A stretch of 63,997 nucleotides of DNA, counting the filler, from Basidiobolus ranarum (taxonomy: Eukaryota): NCBI GenBank assembly GCA_040143965.1. It is 8 parts of 8 records of this genome, joined end to end, with 100 filler letters (N's around TTAATTAATTAA, not from the genome) between each part and the next. Parts side by side here need not be neighbours in the genome. Positions count along the whole stretch, not along the records: positions 24,239 to 32,204 come from JASJQH010001039.1; positions 32,305 to 40,266 come from JASJQH010001040.1; positions 40,367 to 48,321 come from JASJQH010001041.1; 5 more parts are not named here. The stretch is one strand, 5' to 3'. How positions within the stretch are numbered: position 1 is the first letter of the stretch; every line of letters begins with the position of its first letter. Below, piece after piece: positions 27,401 through 41,177 of the stretch. The position numbers and the translations under genes are program-made. The notes under the pieces were generated by a model. The model did no database searches and had not been told where the DNA came from. It worked only from the letters and a program-made list of their open reading frames with translations.

Positions 27401-30400
27401 CGATCTAAGAATGCGTTTGGTATCTTGAGTTAGCTTCTTGATCTGCATAGTTTTCATTTCCTTTCGACGAACAAATTCTTGGTTCACATAAATATACAAA
27501 TCAGCAGATTTTCCAAGAGCGATAGGTTGCATAACTGCATGAACTTTCAAGAATTTGATGAAGAAAGATTCCATAGAAGAAGGTTTCTTCTGTTGACCAT
27601 TTTCGTCAAACATGGGCTCCTGGGTCCAATTTTGAATCACCAAATCCATTAGAATAAAGGCCATACGATATTTCAACATGCTTGGATCATCTCGAGAAAT
27701 GGTACTTTCCATGTAGTCGCCTATATTGCCTGCATTGTGATTCAAGGAGACCGAGAACTTGTTGGCAAATATCTTCCACGATAAGGGCGTCGGATTTGTC
27801 TCGTTTTTAAGGTGATTCAAGTTTTCCAGATTTGATATGTATCCGTGAAGGACGTCAGATTCGAAAAGTATAACTGCAACAGGGCTAACCGCAGCAACTC
27901 TGAATCCTTTGAATGATATCTTGTTTGTGAATAATAATGAATTCTTCGGGGGTTCACTGGATCCAGTTGGTAAAAGATTCAACTTTGAACGCCTTTCTTT
28001 GATCTTCCGAGTGGAGTAAAGAAACACATCTATCACATCGTTGAATTCACTACTCAGTAATATGTGCGTGGTTAACAGTTGGTCGATAAGATTAGCGTTG
28101 AGTGTTAGCCTAATGAAATCAATGATAATAATCGATTCCAATTTAAAGTGATCGTTTACAGGTTCTACCTGCCCTTCTGAACGAATTGCTGGTATAGAGA
28201 AACTAGCGGCTTGTTGGTGGACATTGAAATGATTTTCATTTTTGTTCTCGCCTTGAGAGGGAACTTTGTGCTTAGTAACAAAATGCACGTTCTGCTTTAG
28301 AATCTGAACTGAGTAGTTGATCTTAAGGCCTTGCTTTTTGTTATCAAATTCAATGGAGTTGCTCTGAAGATATCCCAAAAAGTCTAGGATATCATAACGG
28401 AAATTCAGCGATGGAGTAACATCACTTTGAAATGTTATTTGCTTCAGTAAAAATTGTAGCTTCAAACCAATAGGTCTTGCAGTGGTTTTGTGGTTATGTG
28501 CCTTTTCCATATGCAAAGTCTTAGGGGGCACATTCTTTTTATGACTTTCCCATTCCGCTAGCAATCTATTGATTAAGAAATCGTAGTTCGGTAGGTTCTC
28601 GGTTTTCCACTTCTCGACGAAATTGTATAATTTAATCAGATTTTGTGGGACTTTGAGTGATAATCCTTTGACCTTCACGAATATATTGACATAATTCGGT
28701 TCGTTGTTTTCTAATAGCTTCCTATTTTTGGCTATTTTAGAACTGTCAAACGCAGCATTGACGCCAATTCCATGAATGTCGAAGGAGAGAAGTTGAGTAT
28801 GGTGCTTGTGGTTTTCTACTATTATCCGTTCTTGGAGGATCAGGGATATTGAATCGATAGAGCTAGAGGCATCGGCAAAAATTGGAAGGTGTGTTGGGTC
28901 TTGAATAGTAGCTTTGGTCGAGGAAGGTGAGGATTTCACCAAGAGATTGTGAGATATCCCGTTCAATTTGATGGAATCAAGTTTAATCTGAGTGACCCAG
29001 TTTTCAACAGTAGCCACCACATTGATTTGGTCAAGGAAAAGCACAGAATGCGCAGAGAATCGCATTTTTGACATGAATCGAGCAATATCAAAACCGTCAG
29101 CAACTTCGTCAGACTGAACTTTGCTCAGCTCGCTTTCGTCTGTCTCGGAGAAGGTGTCGAAAACTGAGCTAAAGCAGCGATTTACATGAAGCAAATGCTT
29201 AACAAACGTAAGGACTGTAGGCTTTAGTGCGATATCGATTTGATGAATTTTAGCACAGAGGATAATGTTGATAAAAGGATCAAGATCTTCACGAGAGGGT
29301 TGTCCGTATACCTTCTCGTCATCAAGAACAGATGCACTACTATTGTTATCTAAGTAGTCCGTTTCGGAATCCAGTTGCACCGGACCAATAACCATAGAGT
29401 TATCTTCTGCTTCGTTCTCTCCGTAAATATGCAGACCCACTTTGTTCAATCTCATTCCAAAGCAGTTCTCGGAAGAGCGCAAAAATTCGAATATATCATC
29501 TTCTAAACTGTTCGGAGAAGCTTGGGGACCTTCTTTCCCAAATATGTTTGTCAGTAACACGCATGAATCCAGTTTTTCAAATTCCCAAAATCTCCACTTT
29601 GAAAAGTTACTGATAACTATACTGAATACGGAGTTCAAGTTCCATTTCATAATTTCTTGGTCTCGTAACGAATTCTTAAGTCTTCGCATTGAATCGATTG
29701 GCATTGAACGTGAGCAATGTCGAATACGAGTCATCAGTCTCCAACTATCATTGACAAATACTTCTTTGACGCCCAGTCTTCTGACTCCTGATACGCGCGA
29801 AAGGAACGCTGGATCTGGACCAACTGTATTGGTTGCTGAGTAATCAGAAATGGTCGCTACCAAATACTGAACTCGCTTCGATCGTTTTTTCTGAAATGTA
29901 GCCAACACTGATTTCATGTCGTTAACAAACGTCAACCATGAAACCGCCGCACCAAAAACAATCTCTACAGCTTCGTGAAGGAAAATGGCGGAAAAATCTT
30001 CCAAAGATATCTTGAGTGAATTCGGTTTCTTATTACCTAACCATTCCAGATGAAAGCGATCATACGATAAATCTAGTACAACAGGTTCATTATCAGAATA
30101 GTTGATAAAGTCCAGCGGAAGTTTTTTCAGTCGGTTTTCGGAAATACCAAATATACCAATGCCAACAAATCGCAGATTAACCCGGAGTTGACTAAAGTCT
30201 AGTAAAACCCTCGAATCAACGATGGCCATTTCTCCAGGGACTTTAGGGTGAGCTTTGATGAAAACATTCACCATTAGATCATCCAAAACGATGTCCATGG
30301 TAGATAGTAAGGTATCTGATAGATCGTATCTTGTACGAGCATATGGGAATTCTTCACGGTTGGACGTGAAGTCATCGGGCAATGTTACATCTTGGATAAG

Positions 30401-32204
30401 GTGTAGATGAACCCTGGGGATTCCGATCATGTATTTCATACTTTTGCAAAGTAGGTTTTCTAACTGCAAGGGCTTGACAACATTATCAATTTGAATAGAA
30501 TCCAAAATACTTTCAATACTCCATTCCTAGGTTATGGGAAAGAAGTTAGCTTTGCCTGGTTTATAGACATGAAAAAAGATTCCAAAAAAGAAACATTCCG
30601 AACCTGTGAATCCATCGATTGCACCAAATCTTGAACTATTTTGAAGAATACCGGTGTAAGCAGAATCTTGATATGCTCTGGACACTCAATTACCATAGTG
30701 CTCTCAACCTTGGACTCTTCGAGATCATCTTCTTGTTCCGTGGAAGATGCTTCTTTGTAAGTTGGATCTTGGCGAAGCCAAGTCAATATAGATGAGTTAT
30801 TTTGACTTTGGAAGGATGCTTTAGTGCTGTGTCTGTAGAAAGCAGAGGTCTCAGTATTCGCTTCCGAGAGATCAGCAAACATAGTAGAGGGTGGCTTCAA
30901 ACATAAATTCCCATCAGATAAATCATGCTTCGAGTCACCTGTCATCTTATATCTCTTCAAATACTTGTAGTATGGTATCGATACAGGTTTGGGAGGAATT
31001 GGACGTCTTTCCTTTTGATTGTATGATGGGGCTTTTTCGTTTCCATCTTCATCCGATTCATCTATGTAATAACTAACATCAGAATCACTATCATTTCCAC
31101 CCACCGTATAATATGAGCTAATTCGATCATTGTTTGCTCCTTCCCAGCGTGAAAGAAGGGAGCCAGTCCTAGAGGAGCCGGAATAATTGAGAGAAAGTGC
31201 TTCAAGATAACCATTTTCGTTCTGCTGTGGAGTATGATGCTCTTCATCGAAATCAAACTCAGCGTCCATATCCGTAGGTGAATCACACACTGGCCAGAAA
31301 GCTTTAGCATTTTCGTTGAGTAAGATGTTTTGGGGGTTTGGAAAGAGGGCTGGTAAGCCATCGTCGATTGAATTGGAGTATGTATCAGGAGAAGGTTCGT
31401 TGTAGCCATCAAGAATGGTAGACATGAGTGGAGGAATGTAAGTGCCATTCAGATGATTATCACTGGCCACTTTGATAGATGAAGTTTCGTATATAGTGTT
31501 AGTATCGTCTTCATAAACAAAGCTACACCTAAGAGTCTCTCTATCTTCCTGTCTGACAAACGATTGTTGTTTTTGTCTTCTATCTTTCCAATCAGCTGTG
31601 TTCACATAAGCACTTATATTCAAGGCTGTTTCAACATTAGCTACTTCTACCCAAGGGATCTCTTCATTCTCTAAGTCTGAATACATCTGGTCGCTTTGTT
31701 TTTCTGATATTGTCATGAATCGAAGTACTAACTCAGGAACACATATGTATGCTTTACTATCATATTCTTCGTTGATCAAGTTATTGAAATCAATTCGAAT
31801 TCCATCCTTGATTAGCAACTGTGAAACGCTTCCACCCGCCCAGATAATAAAGTCCAAGTCGGCTATTCCAACCTTTAGCAATGTTAGATCGGGAAAGGAA
31901 GGAAGTTGAAATTCAACAGGGAAAGTGTTCTCTCGGTCAACGAAGTTGAATACGAATGAGTCCAGGAACGAGTTCAATCCAACCAAAAAGTTTGGTCCTA
32001 CTCTACCCAAGATACTTCCAATGTCAAACTTCCAGTCACATACATAGGTATTCGTGTGAGGCAATGGCCCAAACATACGATGTGCATGAATGGTTATATC
32101 TACAGGGAGGTGGTTAACCCTATGTTAGCTTTGTCGATTGTGATGACTCTGTGTGACAGTCGCAAACACCTACCTTCAACGTACACAAGATCCTGGCGAT
32201 CTTT
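24416..32204 (-). CDS. CSF1: Csf1/BLTP1 (Tweek/KIAA1109-like) bridge-like lipid transfer protein, 5'-partial; exons 32204-32174, 32099-30604, 30526-24416
   Basis: More than 2,500 aa of beta-strand-rich sequence. HAHRMFGPLP...TYVCDWKFDIG and the C-terminal PQLKLMGDATPPLEWIGLQR match fungal Csf1. GT-AG introns 32173-32100 and 30603-30527 keep the frame. Confidence 0.88.
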
Positions 32205-32304
32205 NNNNNNNNNNNNNNNNNNNNNNNNNNNNNNNNNNNNNNNNNNNNTTAATTAATTAANNNNNNNNNNNNNNNNNNNNNNNNNNNNNNNNNNNNNNNN
32301 NNNN
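32205..32304. other. Artificial contig spacer
   Basis: 44 N + TTAATTAATTAA + 44 N. Confidence 0.97.
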
Positions 32305-35300
32305 ATATCAGCATCAATGTATTGAAAACTGTTCGATCTTGAAGTCGCATAAAGGTTAGCATCAGAAGTGTAAAGAATACAAAATTTGTACAAAAAGTCC
32401 TACTCAGATAATTGTAATCGGTTAAATGAGTCATGATGATCCGAAGGCTCAATGAATGAAGAGACTGTCTAGCAGAAGAGTAATATTATCCACCAGATTT
32501 GACTTGGGCGCATGCATCCTTTTTATAAGCCATTCAGAAACCGAAGTTCTATATATATAATTCGAACCAGTTTTGAGGAGGGATGTTTTAGTTCAGTGTA
32601 TCCTAACAGTATTTGCCAGGACTTTCTGAAGTTTTTTGGTATAAGAAACTGCATAATTTCAATCCAATAAAGCCGTTGACAATATAATTGTGGAGGTTAT
32701 GCGTAATTATTTGTACCTTGAATTATTGCTGTCTAAGAAAGGGAACAATCCACTGATTAGAATATAGGAGCATATTGAGCCGGCAATGATCCATTCAACT
32801 ATAGCTAGCCGCCTTCACCAGTATCAATGGAGCCCAGAAACGAATCCACGCACCATCCAAATACCTGGCCCATACTCGTATTTTCGGCTCATCATTAGAG
32901 TCGTATACTTACTCCATATACCATTTTGTCAAGACTTCCGGAGGCTGGTTTACGGAGTGTGCAAATATTTTCCTTTATCTATCCCTCCCATATTGCTATA
33001 TTCTCAACAAGTCGCTTACCTCCTATAGAAGAAAAATAAGGGATAAATGAGCAGTCAGAATAATATCTAGTTCACTAACCTCAAGGTTGAATGTTCGAAG
33101 TATCACCCATTGGGTCTGGAATCGGGAGCCTTATTCACTTGTAAGCTGGTAGATAACTAATGACAGAGGGCTGCATCAGATCGTATATTGACACATGTAT
33201 GATGCAGCCCTTCATTGTCCTTGCAAGACATTTACCTTCTATGAAACAATTCAGAGCTACCGATTTCTTCATCGGTGTTTGATTGTGACAATATCACTCA
33301 ATGGAGATCACACTTGGGTATAATACTCCATGCTGACGAATCTTTATTTCATCTCAAACACTTCAGCTTACTCTGACTCCGTGTCTTTAAGGTACGACTA
33401 TTAATCGAAATAGCGATTCCATGCACTGTGATGTAATTTTGTGGAGACTGTCCTCCCCATTCACTTTCGCCCGTGATCACTAGGAAACCCCAAGAATTCT
33501 ATTTCAGATGTGGTTGTCACTCTGCGTCTAAGCATAGCAGGGCTCCTGCAGGCTTTGCATGTATAGTGATGATAGTAGTGAAGTATCTTGAACAACTTGA
33601 TACTTCTTGGCAATATAATATTTGTTCTACAGACTATATTGCTGCTACTTTTATCTTACAAACAAATAGATATTCAATCAAAACAACTCAAAATTAATGT
33701 AGTCAGTATTTGGTTTTAATTTGTCATAATAAGATGTACAACCGGATTGTTTCCAACTTTGGTAAATATGCTTGCACATACAAACCTGGACATCTCAAAC
33801 TTAAATATCAAAATGCATGATTGTAGCACAATTCTATGTAAGATCAATACATTACACTGTTTGATTCATGTACCTAAAGTGAGATAGACATTGAGCACGA
33901 CTAGTATTGTTGATGCAGCACATACTAAATTGGCTATTCTTGCAACTCTAATAACATATATGAAGTTAAGCAGATTCAAGCTCCTCAATAGTGCTTCAGT
34001 AATATGCTTTCTGACAGCCAAACAATTAGGCACAAAAGTCGATTTAGCTTTTTCCAGGTGTTTTTTTGGTCTTTGACTGGTTTGTTAGCTTTACAGTAGC
34101 ATGGGGAAGTTCTTAAAACCAGAGCTGCAATATATCCTAATGATCAAAATATTCTTTAGAACCTGGAGTTGCATTAAATATTATTGAAACGCATCGTCGC
34201 ACTAATTAAAGTTTAAAACCTATGCTAAATAGACATTTATATTGTGTACTTACACTTTTGCCCTGTAATGTGATGCAAGATATCTGTATGTGTTGGAGAG
34301 TTTGAGATAGAGACATTTTGTGAGTTCAAAAGAGATCTATCAACGGATCTGAATTAAATATATATATAGTTTTTGGTGGCAATACAATATGGTTAAGCAT
34401 TACCAATAACTGGGTAATTAAGATGTATATTAAATATATAGTCTGTTTGGCTATAATACTTGCATAATTAATACATAATCAGAGGTAGCTACGTAGGGCC
34501 TTATGAATGCCCACTAGAGTAATACCAATTTTTCTATAAAGCTTAACTTTTCCATACCCAGCATATAGAGTTATATAATATAGATATTATTGTAGTATGT
34601 GAATAAAACATAGGTTAGTATATTAAAACTCAGAACATATCACAACCACAGTAACTACTTTTTTTATATTATTGAAACAGTATTGAGAATTTATCTTCAA
34701 TATTAACCATTATAAGCAATACAAGAATATAGATATAAGATATTAAAAGCAATAAATTAAAAAGAGCCAAAGTACAGTACCTTACTCACCAGCAATATAA
34801 TTGGGATTTCTTGATGAACAAATATTTATGATTCCCATGAATATGGCTACTTTTTCATGACACCACTTTTTGATATTATGCCTATATTCTCCCCAAGTGC
34901 ACCTATGCTCTCGCTCAAGGCATCAATATCCACATGCTCAAAGAAGTAAATCCAGCTCTTTGAGACTCTGTCAAACAAGGCATATGCTCTCTGAAAGATT
35001 CTGGTATTTTGCTACAGAATGTACATTGATAATATAGTCATATTTCAATTGGATTGCAACTGGGACTACCTGGATGCTAGTCAAGAGTTCATACTCCTAG
35101 CCATCTCAGAGTCTCCAAAACTTTCTTAGATATGTGTCAAAGTGAATAATACTCCATAGTATATATAATACAGACTCTAATAAATAGCAATATGCATCAT
35201 TACCCATAACCTGTAGTATTTATATTCTTATGAAAAATGGAAGTTGAAATATCAGAGAAAAAATTGGCCAAAAGTTTACATGATTATGATTTAAAATTGG

Positions 35301-35750
35301 AATTCCATCAGAAATTGGAATGAAAACTGATTTCAATCTATAAAACATTAATTGGCAGCTCACCCAGCTTATGTCACTATCAGATTGTCAATTTATTATT
35401 GGCTAAAACCCTTATAAAAACTTCCCACTTGTGACAGAAGACCTTCTAAGCATGCAATAAAGTTCTTTGGTGTTTATACATTACATTCTGACTCAATTTA
35501 GCTGCTCTTGTATAATCAGTTACATCACAGTGTTAAGAGTAATACCTATGTAGTTGCAATGTATTAGCAGCTGAAGAAGAATCTAAAATTCAATTTGCAT
35601 TCTCTCACTGAGGTTATTTCTTAAAGAGGGGGGAATTATGCAGTTATGTGCTAATGCTAATTTAATTTCCCTGAATGTTCTTATCATTAGCAGCACTTGG
35701 TGCAAGTCTTGCTGGTTTGTGCCAAAAATCCATGATGATAAACATAAAAA

Positions 35751-36079
35751 TGTTGAAATTAACATTGTTTAAACATCTACATAGTCATCTATAACTTGGT
35801 ATTTAGTTATGTTATATTTCACTATGGCATTACCCATTATTCCTAATTCGTGTTCACTTGGAAGTTTTTGGATAAGTAAATATTTTCAAACTTGTGGTAG
35901 AAGCCCCAAACTTTGCACACCTGATCCTGGGACCTTCCTTAATACATTCCACATGTTAGTTTGCTTCATGTAGTCAAAAGTATCCATGGCAACTTTGAAA
36001 TCAATAAATCATTAAGTGTAAACCACAAATTTATATATTTCTCCAAAATATATCCTGCAGACTACCAAATACTTCAACA
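35751..36079 (+). mobile_element. Diverged solo Ty1/copia LTR
   Basis: TGTTGAAATT...TTCAACA termini and the shared AGAAGCCCCAAACTTTGCAC core. Flanks AAAAA/CAAAA. Confidence 0.85.
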
Positions 36080-36764
36080 CAAAAGTTGCAGCAATGACAG
36101 TGCAACTGATGGCATATGCTCTTTTCAACATATTTGTAATCAATGCTACCTTAGGCAAGATTTCTAACTGCTTCCTTGATATGTGTTCATTTGTCATCAC
36201 AATTAGTATTCTTCCATCTACATATCACATAGTAGTTCTGAAATTGATCACAACATTCTAATTAAAGACATTGTAAAAATAAGAATTTGTTATTACTTGA
36301 ATCATAATTTAAGTGTTTTAGGACTTGTTAATCCTAATAGTTCAAGTATTAGTTAAGTTATGAAGTATTCAATATTATCAGTATATCAATACTATGAGTA
36401 TATTAATATTATCCCCAATCAGTATTATCCATATCATCAGTTTTCAGTTATCTAGCTATTGGTCAGTATTAATCAGCAGTTATATGACACTCCAGTAGTT
36501 AGTCAAAGCAGGTCACAAGTCACTACTTATGATCATATTGTATGGAAGGTCTCATGATCTTATTCCTTCCTTCCTAGTAGGTCACACAATCATATCAACT
36601 CTGCTATTCCAACATATATCTGCTAATTGCTGTACCAACCCAGAATGTCTTAGCCATGGACTATGCCATCCCATTATGAAGCAGCTAGATCCTGATATAG
36701 TGATTGGATTAGTAATCAGTTGATGAGTCATTACCCAACTGATCTATCAGTTTAAGCATAAATA

Positions 36765-37200
36765 CCTTAGCAGAAGTCTGAGGATGGTTATTGTCAGAAA
36801 ACCATCACAATTTTAATCAATTCTTGGTTGATCATTTATTTGGCATCATAAATTGTCAAGTTGTATTTGCATTTACTCAATTTTTTCAATTTCATCAGTG
36901 AAATTGAAAGATCTTGCAAAGTAGTTGCACATGATTGGTTACAATATCAGAGAACATATGTTTGAAAAACATGAACTAAATTTTTCACATTTAACACTTA
37001 AATGCTAATTTGTCACCTTGGAAATCCCTAGTTTCTTTGATAAATTATCCTGAATACTGTTATAAGATACCTCATACCCAAGGTTTAGCTCATTCAAAAC
37101 ACAAGTTTGTATCAGTATCTCCAACAAAGTCCACCATTGTATTAATGTTATAGTGGAGCAACATTGCCACTCACTGGCAGGTTGACTTATTTCAATTCCA
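36765..37200 (+). repeat. Unclassified dispersed repeat, diverged copy
   Basis: Homologous to 52066-52830 and 55159-56374 (GATCTTGCAAA...GATTGGTTACAAT..CAGAGAAC; TTTGTCACCTT..AAATCCC.AGTTTCTTTGA). Confidence 0.8.
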
Positions 37201-37566
37201 AGATTGTATCATTAATATTCAACAGGTTTTATTTTCTTATCCATATTTGACTTACCCATACTATCAAGCCAATGATATCACACTTTTACTACTATCCCTT
37301 ATTATTCAAGATTTAATAGTGTTAATCTATATTTGCCACATTTTTTTTCTGGAAATTTCTACACTCTTACAGAATATGACACAAGATTCTTGAATATTTC
37401 ATGCCTGATTTAAGTTTAACCAATTGGAACTTGATTCTATTGGAATACTGCATGACTTTCTGCATTACTCTATAACTTTTGGGAAAGTTCCATGAATTAC
37501 TATATTAAAGTGTTTAGGAGCCTGTAAAACAGTATTGTGTTTCTGTGACATTCAAAAAGTAGCCCT

Positions 37567-39735
37567 TTTTAAAGTATTTGGGAGACTGTTAGAATTGATT
37601 CAGAGAATTAGAGAAATTGGTGATTTGCACTGGCTGATTTATTGAGTAGAAAGTTGATGTTCATAGTTTTGTCAAGAAGTAAGCAAACTAATTGGTGGAA
37701 TGTGTTAAAGAAGGTCTTCACTGTTAGATTATGGTAAGTCTAAAGTTGACACTTATAGTTTTTTCAAGATGTGAACAAACTAGCTAGTAGAATGTGTTTA
37801 GAAAGGTACCAAGAACATGCATGCAAAGCTTTAGGCTTCTAGCACAAGTTTGAAATATCTATATATCTGGGAGCTTCTGTATTGGTAAAAATATTCTAAG
37901 TAAACTCCAATTGAGAATAATGTATACTATGTTGGAGAAATATAAGATTACCAAGTACTAATCTATATATGACTCTATAGATGTTTAGACAGTGCTAATT
38001 ACAACACTCTCCCTTAACTAGTCAGTCCTATCAACTAATCCTAAGGAACTTCTAAATTTCTCACATTTCTGTCTAGTTAATAGACTAGTTCCCTATGATA
38101 GCTCCAGATTGTGCTATACATAGCATATTGGATAAAGTATTTTAAAATTTATGTGACATAATTTGGCACCTTCTACACCCTTTGCCATGATCAACTTCAA
38201 TCACAACTATCTAATATATTGAGCCAAGGTCTAATCAATCCTGGCACAATGGAGCAAGTCCAATGGTTTAGTAAATATATCAGCAATCATGTCTTCTGCA
38301 GAACAATAAATTAAGTCAACAAGCTTACTCTCTATAGTCTCTATAATAAAGTGATGTCTAATATACAAGCATTTGCTACTATTATAAAAAGTGGGATTTC
38401 TAGTTATCTTGATACAATTTTGATTATCTTAAAATCATTCAGTTAATGAATTTTGAGAAAATCTAAATCTGTTGACAGTTTTCAGAACCATATTCCTTAT
38501 TTTGTTGCTTCACAGAAAGTCATGTATTCTGCTTCTGTTTTTGATAGTGCTATGATAGGTTGTTTCTTTTAATTCTAAAAAATAGCACCATTACAGCAAA
38601 GAAATAAATGTCCTATAGTTGATCTGATATGTCAATATCTTTACTCCAATTTGTATTGTAACATCCCATCAGATAGAAGCTTGATTCAGAGGCTGTTTAC
38701 TTGAGGTACAGATCCACAGTATCTTTCATATATCTGGAAATCCATTTAACTGCCATGATTTGATCAGATCAATAATTTTGAAGATATTGGCACACAACTC
38801 CTTCAAAATATGCAATATTAGGCTGTATTCCAACCATGTGATATATCAAACCACCAACCATACTTAAATATGGAAATTCATGGCTTTTGTTTGAATCCAA
38901 GAATGTATGATTTTAGCCTTTTTTAGACAAGTTTAGATTTGTATCCATAGGGATAGATACTGTGTTCCATTCTTCCATTTTAAACTTTAAGCAGATCTAG
39001 GATATACTTTGGCTGGTTTGAAGTGATTGTTTTGGTAGTTCTATCTATCTTAATCTGGGTTCCAAAATAGTATGTCAGTTGACCAAGATCTGTGATTTTG
39101 AATTTGGCAGATAAGCTGGATGCAGTACTCTCCATAATCTCTATGTCATTGGTTGCTATAATAAAGCCATCTACAAATAAGGCTAAAAAGCTGGGTTTGT
39201 ATATTCTGGCCTGAAGAAGATTCTGTAGTTAGCTTAACTCTTGCGGAATTTGAGTGTTTCCAACAGAGTGTCTATCTTACAATTCCAAACTTTTCAAGAT
39301 TGTTTTAAGCCATAGTGTTTTCTGGAGTCTGCTAACTTTTTATGGTTTTCAGAGTCCATAAATCTATCTGGTGGATCCACATAGATTTCCATATCAAGCC
39401 CACCATCCAAAAGGCAATTTTACCTCAATCTGATGTGTTAAAAACTGATATATAGCTTAAATTGCTAAAATCATATCTAATTGAATTCAACCTTGGTCAA
39501 GCAGCAAAAGTTTCAGTACAATATATTGTTGGTGTTTGGGAGTAGTGTTTGGCTACTAGTCTAGCCTTGTACCACTCCATATTGCCATTGGGGTTGTATT
39601 TAACTTTAAATACCCATTGGCAGCCATGTGATTCTCTATCATCAGGTGAGTTGATTAAAGTCAAAGTTTGATTATTGTACAAAGCCTGGTACTTGTCAAC
39701 TATTGAAACACTAAAAATTTGTGCAAGGGCCATAC
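37567..39735 (-). mobile_element. Decayed Ty1/copia element: RT, RNase H, PPT and 3' LTR (37567-38006)
   Basis: GCQWVFKVKYNPNGNMEWYKARLVAK (RT) and ADIFTKPL (RNase H end). The polypurine tract AAGGGAGAG abuts the LTR start TGTTGTAATTAG. Many stops. Confidence 0.9.
38082..38261. mobile_element. 180-bp MITE inserted in the copia RNase H
   Basis: Termini AGACTAGTTCC / GGAGCAAGTCC, AAT repeated on both sides, and a second copy at 52871-53050. Confidence 0.85.
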
Positions 39736-40266
39736 TGTGGAAATTAGCTTTGCTTAAACACCTATATAGTCATATATAGCTTAGTACTTAGTTATCTTAT
39801 AACTCACTACAATATTATCCATTATTTTCAATTGGTGTTTACTTAGAATATCTTTACCAAGTTAGAACTTTTCAGATATACAGATTTTTCAAACTTGTGC
39901 TAGAAGCCCCACTCTTTGCACACATGTTCCTGGAACATTCCTTAACACATTCTACACATTAGCTTGTTTATATCTTGACAACAATATAAATGTCAACTTT
40001 CTACTCAATAAATCAATAAGTGAAAACCACCAACTCCTCTAACTCTCCAATCCACTACCAACAGGCTCCCAAATACTTTAACAGGTTATGAGCCCCATGC
40101 TTGCACTCTCTGTAATGTCTACTTCTCAAATTTATGGAACTCTTCCCTCTTCTGTAAAATTGGATGGAACCAATTATCAAGTTTGGAAAATTAAAATGAA
40201 AATGCTGCTGCAAGAAAAAGGACTTTGGGACACTGTTGTAGGAGAAGAAAACAATGCAAAACTATC
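39736..40266 (+). mobile_element. Ty1/copia 5' LTR (39736-40083), PBS (40084-40095) and gag start, abutting the opposite-strand element
   Basis: TGTGGAAATTAG...TTTAACA, then GGTTATGAGCCC, then KLDGTNYQVWKIKMKMLLQEKGLWD (copia Gag N-terminus). Confidence 0.92.
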
Positions 40267-40366
40267 NNNNNNNNNNNNNNNNNNNNNNNNNNNNNNNNNN
40301 NNNNNNNNNNTTAATTAATTAANNNNNNNNNNNNNNNNNNNNNNNNNNNNNNNNNNNNNNNNNNNN
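40267..40366. other. Artificial contig spacer
   Basis: 44 N + TTAATTAATTAA + 44 N. Confidence 0.97.
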
Positions 40367-40531
40367 TTAAATCTTTCGCAAATTAATTTTTTTCGAATCT
40401 TCTTTTAAACTTTACGAAAATTTTTTAAATTTTTTACAAATTCATACTTTCGACTCTTAATTCTTACTTAACGATAAAACCCTAGTTGTGCCCCGGGGGA
40501 GAAGCAAAGGGGAGAAGAGACCCATCCAAAG

Positions 40532-41177
40532 ATGTATTTAACAATCATCATCTTTCTCTTAGTTTGTGCAGTAGTCAATGAGTAATTATATAGAAAATTA
40601 GATTCCACTGGAAGTAAAATATACAGTAGCGCACTAACCGGAATGACAGCAATACTAGAGTCGGTGATTTTTCAGAAGTAGCTCTAAGTAGCAATCTATC
40701 TAACAAATTGAATAGATGGTGAATGAATATTGATATCACGGGAATTTAATTTTGATAGTGTAGTAATATCAATGTCATTACTTCAGTTCATATTTATTCA
40801 TCAAGGTATATGGAACACAGTTCACATGTGCAAAGATTTTTTAGTTAACTATCATTATTCATATTTTCTACATTCATTTTAGTACAGGTGATAACTTATT
40901 GACTATCTTTATATTATGGGAAGGTGAGGGTATATGTTGTTCTCTATTAATTGATTTTTGATAGAGCAGTGCATAGGCCAAGAAAGCAGCAATTAAAGCA
41001 TCAGTTACGAATAAAAAGAAGTGATTGGGGAATTAGTGTAGTAATGTTTACTTTAATAACAATGATAGGATATCTGAATTTAACAACAGTATTCTCATTT
41101 CTCTACTAATGAAACATAAAAAACTAAGTTTAATTACTATATTATTACTAATAGTTGCAGTGACTAAATCAGCTCAA
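40532..41177 (+). pseudogene. nad5: NUMT: decayed 5' part of mitochondrial NADH dehydrogenase subunit 5
   Basis: Broken frames give MYLTII, VHIYSSRYMEH, HVQRFFS, TGDNLL..FILWEG.GIC, AKKAAIKA, DWG and KSAQ in nad5 order, with stops and indels, on a contig that carries nuclear genes. Confidence 0.85.

Noticed and set aside
24863..31909. Short plus-strand and alternative-frame ORFs inside Csf1
   Set aside because: Shadows of the long coding frame, with no motifs.
32700..33280. Minus-strand segment with an intron-like GT...AG and coding-like flanks
   Set aside because: Multiple stops and no recognisable family. Probably a pseudogene but not supportable.
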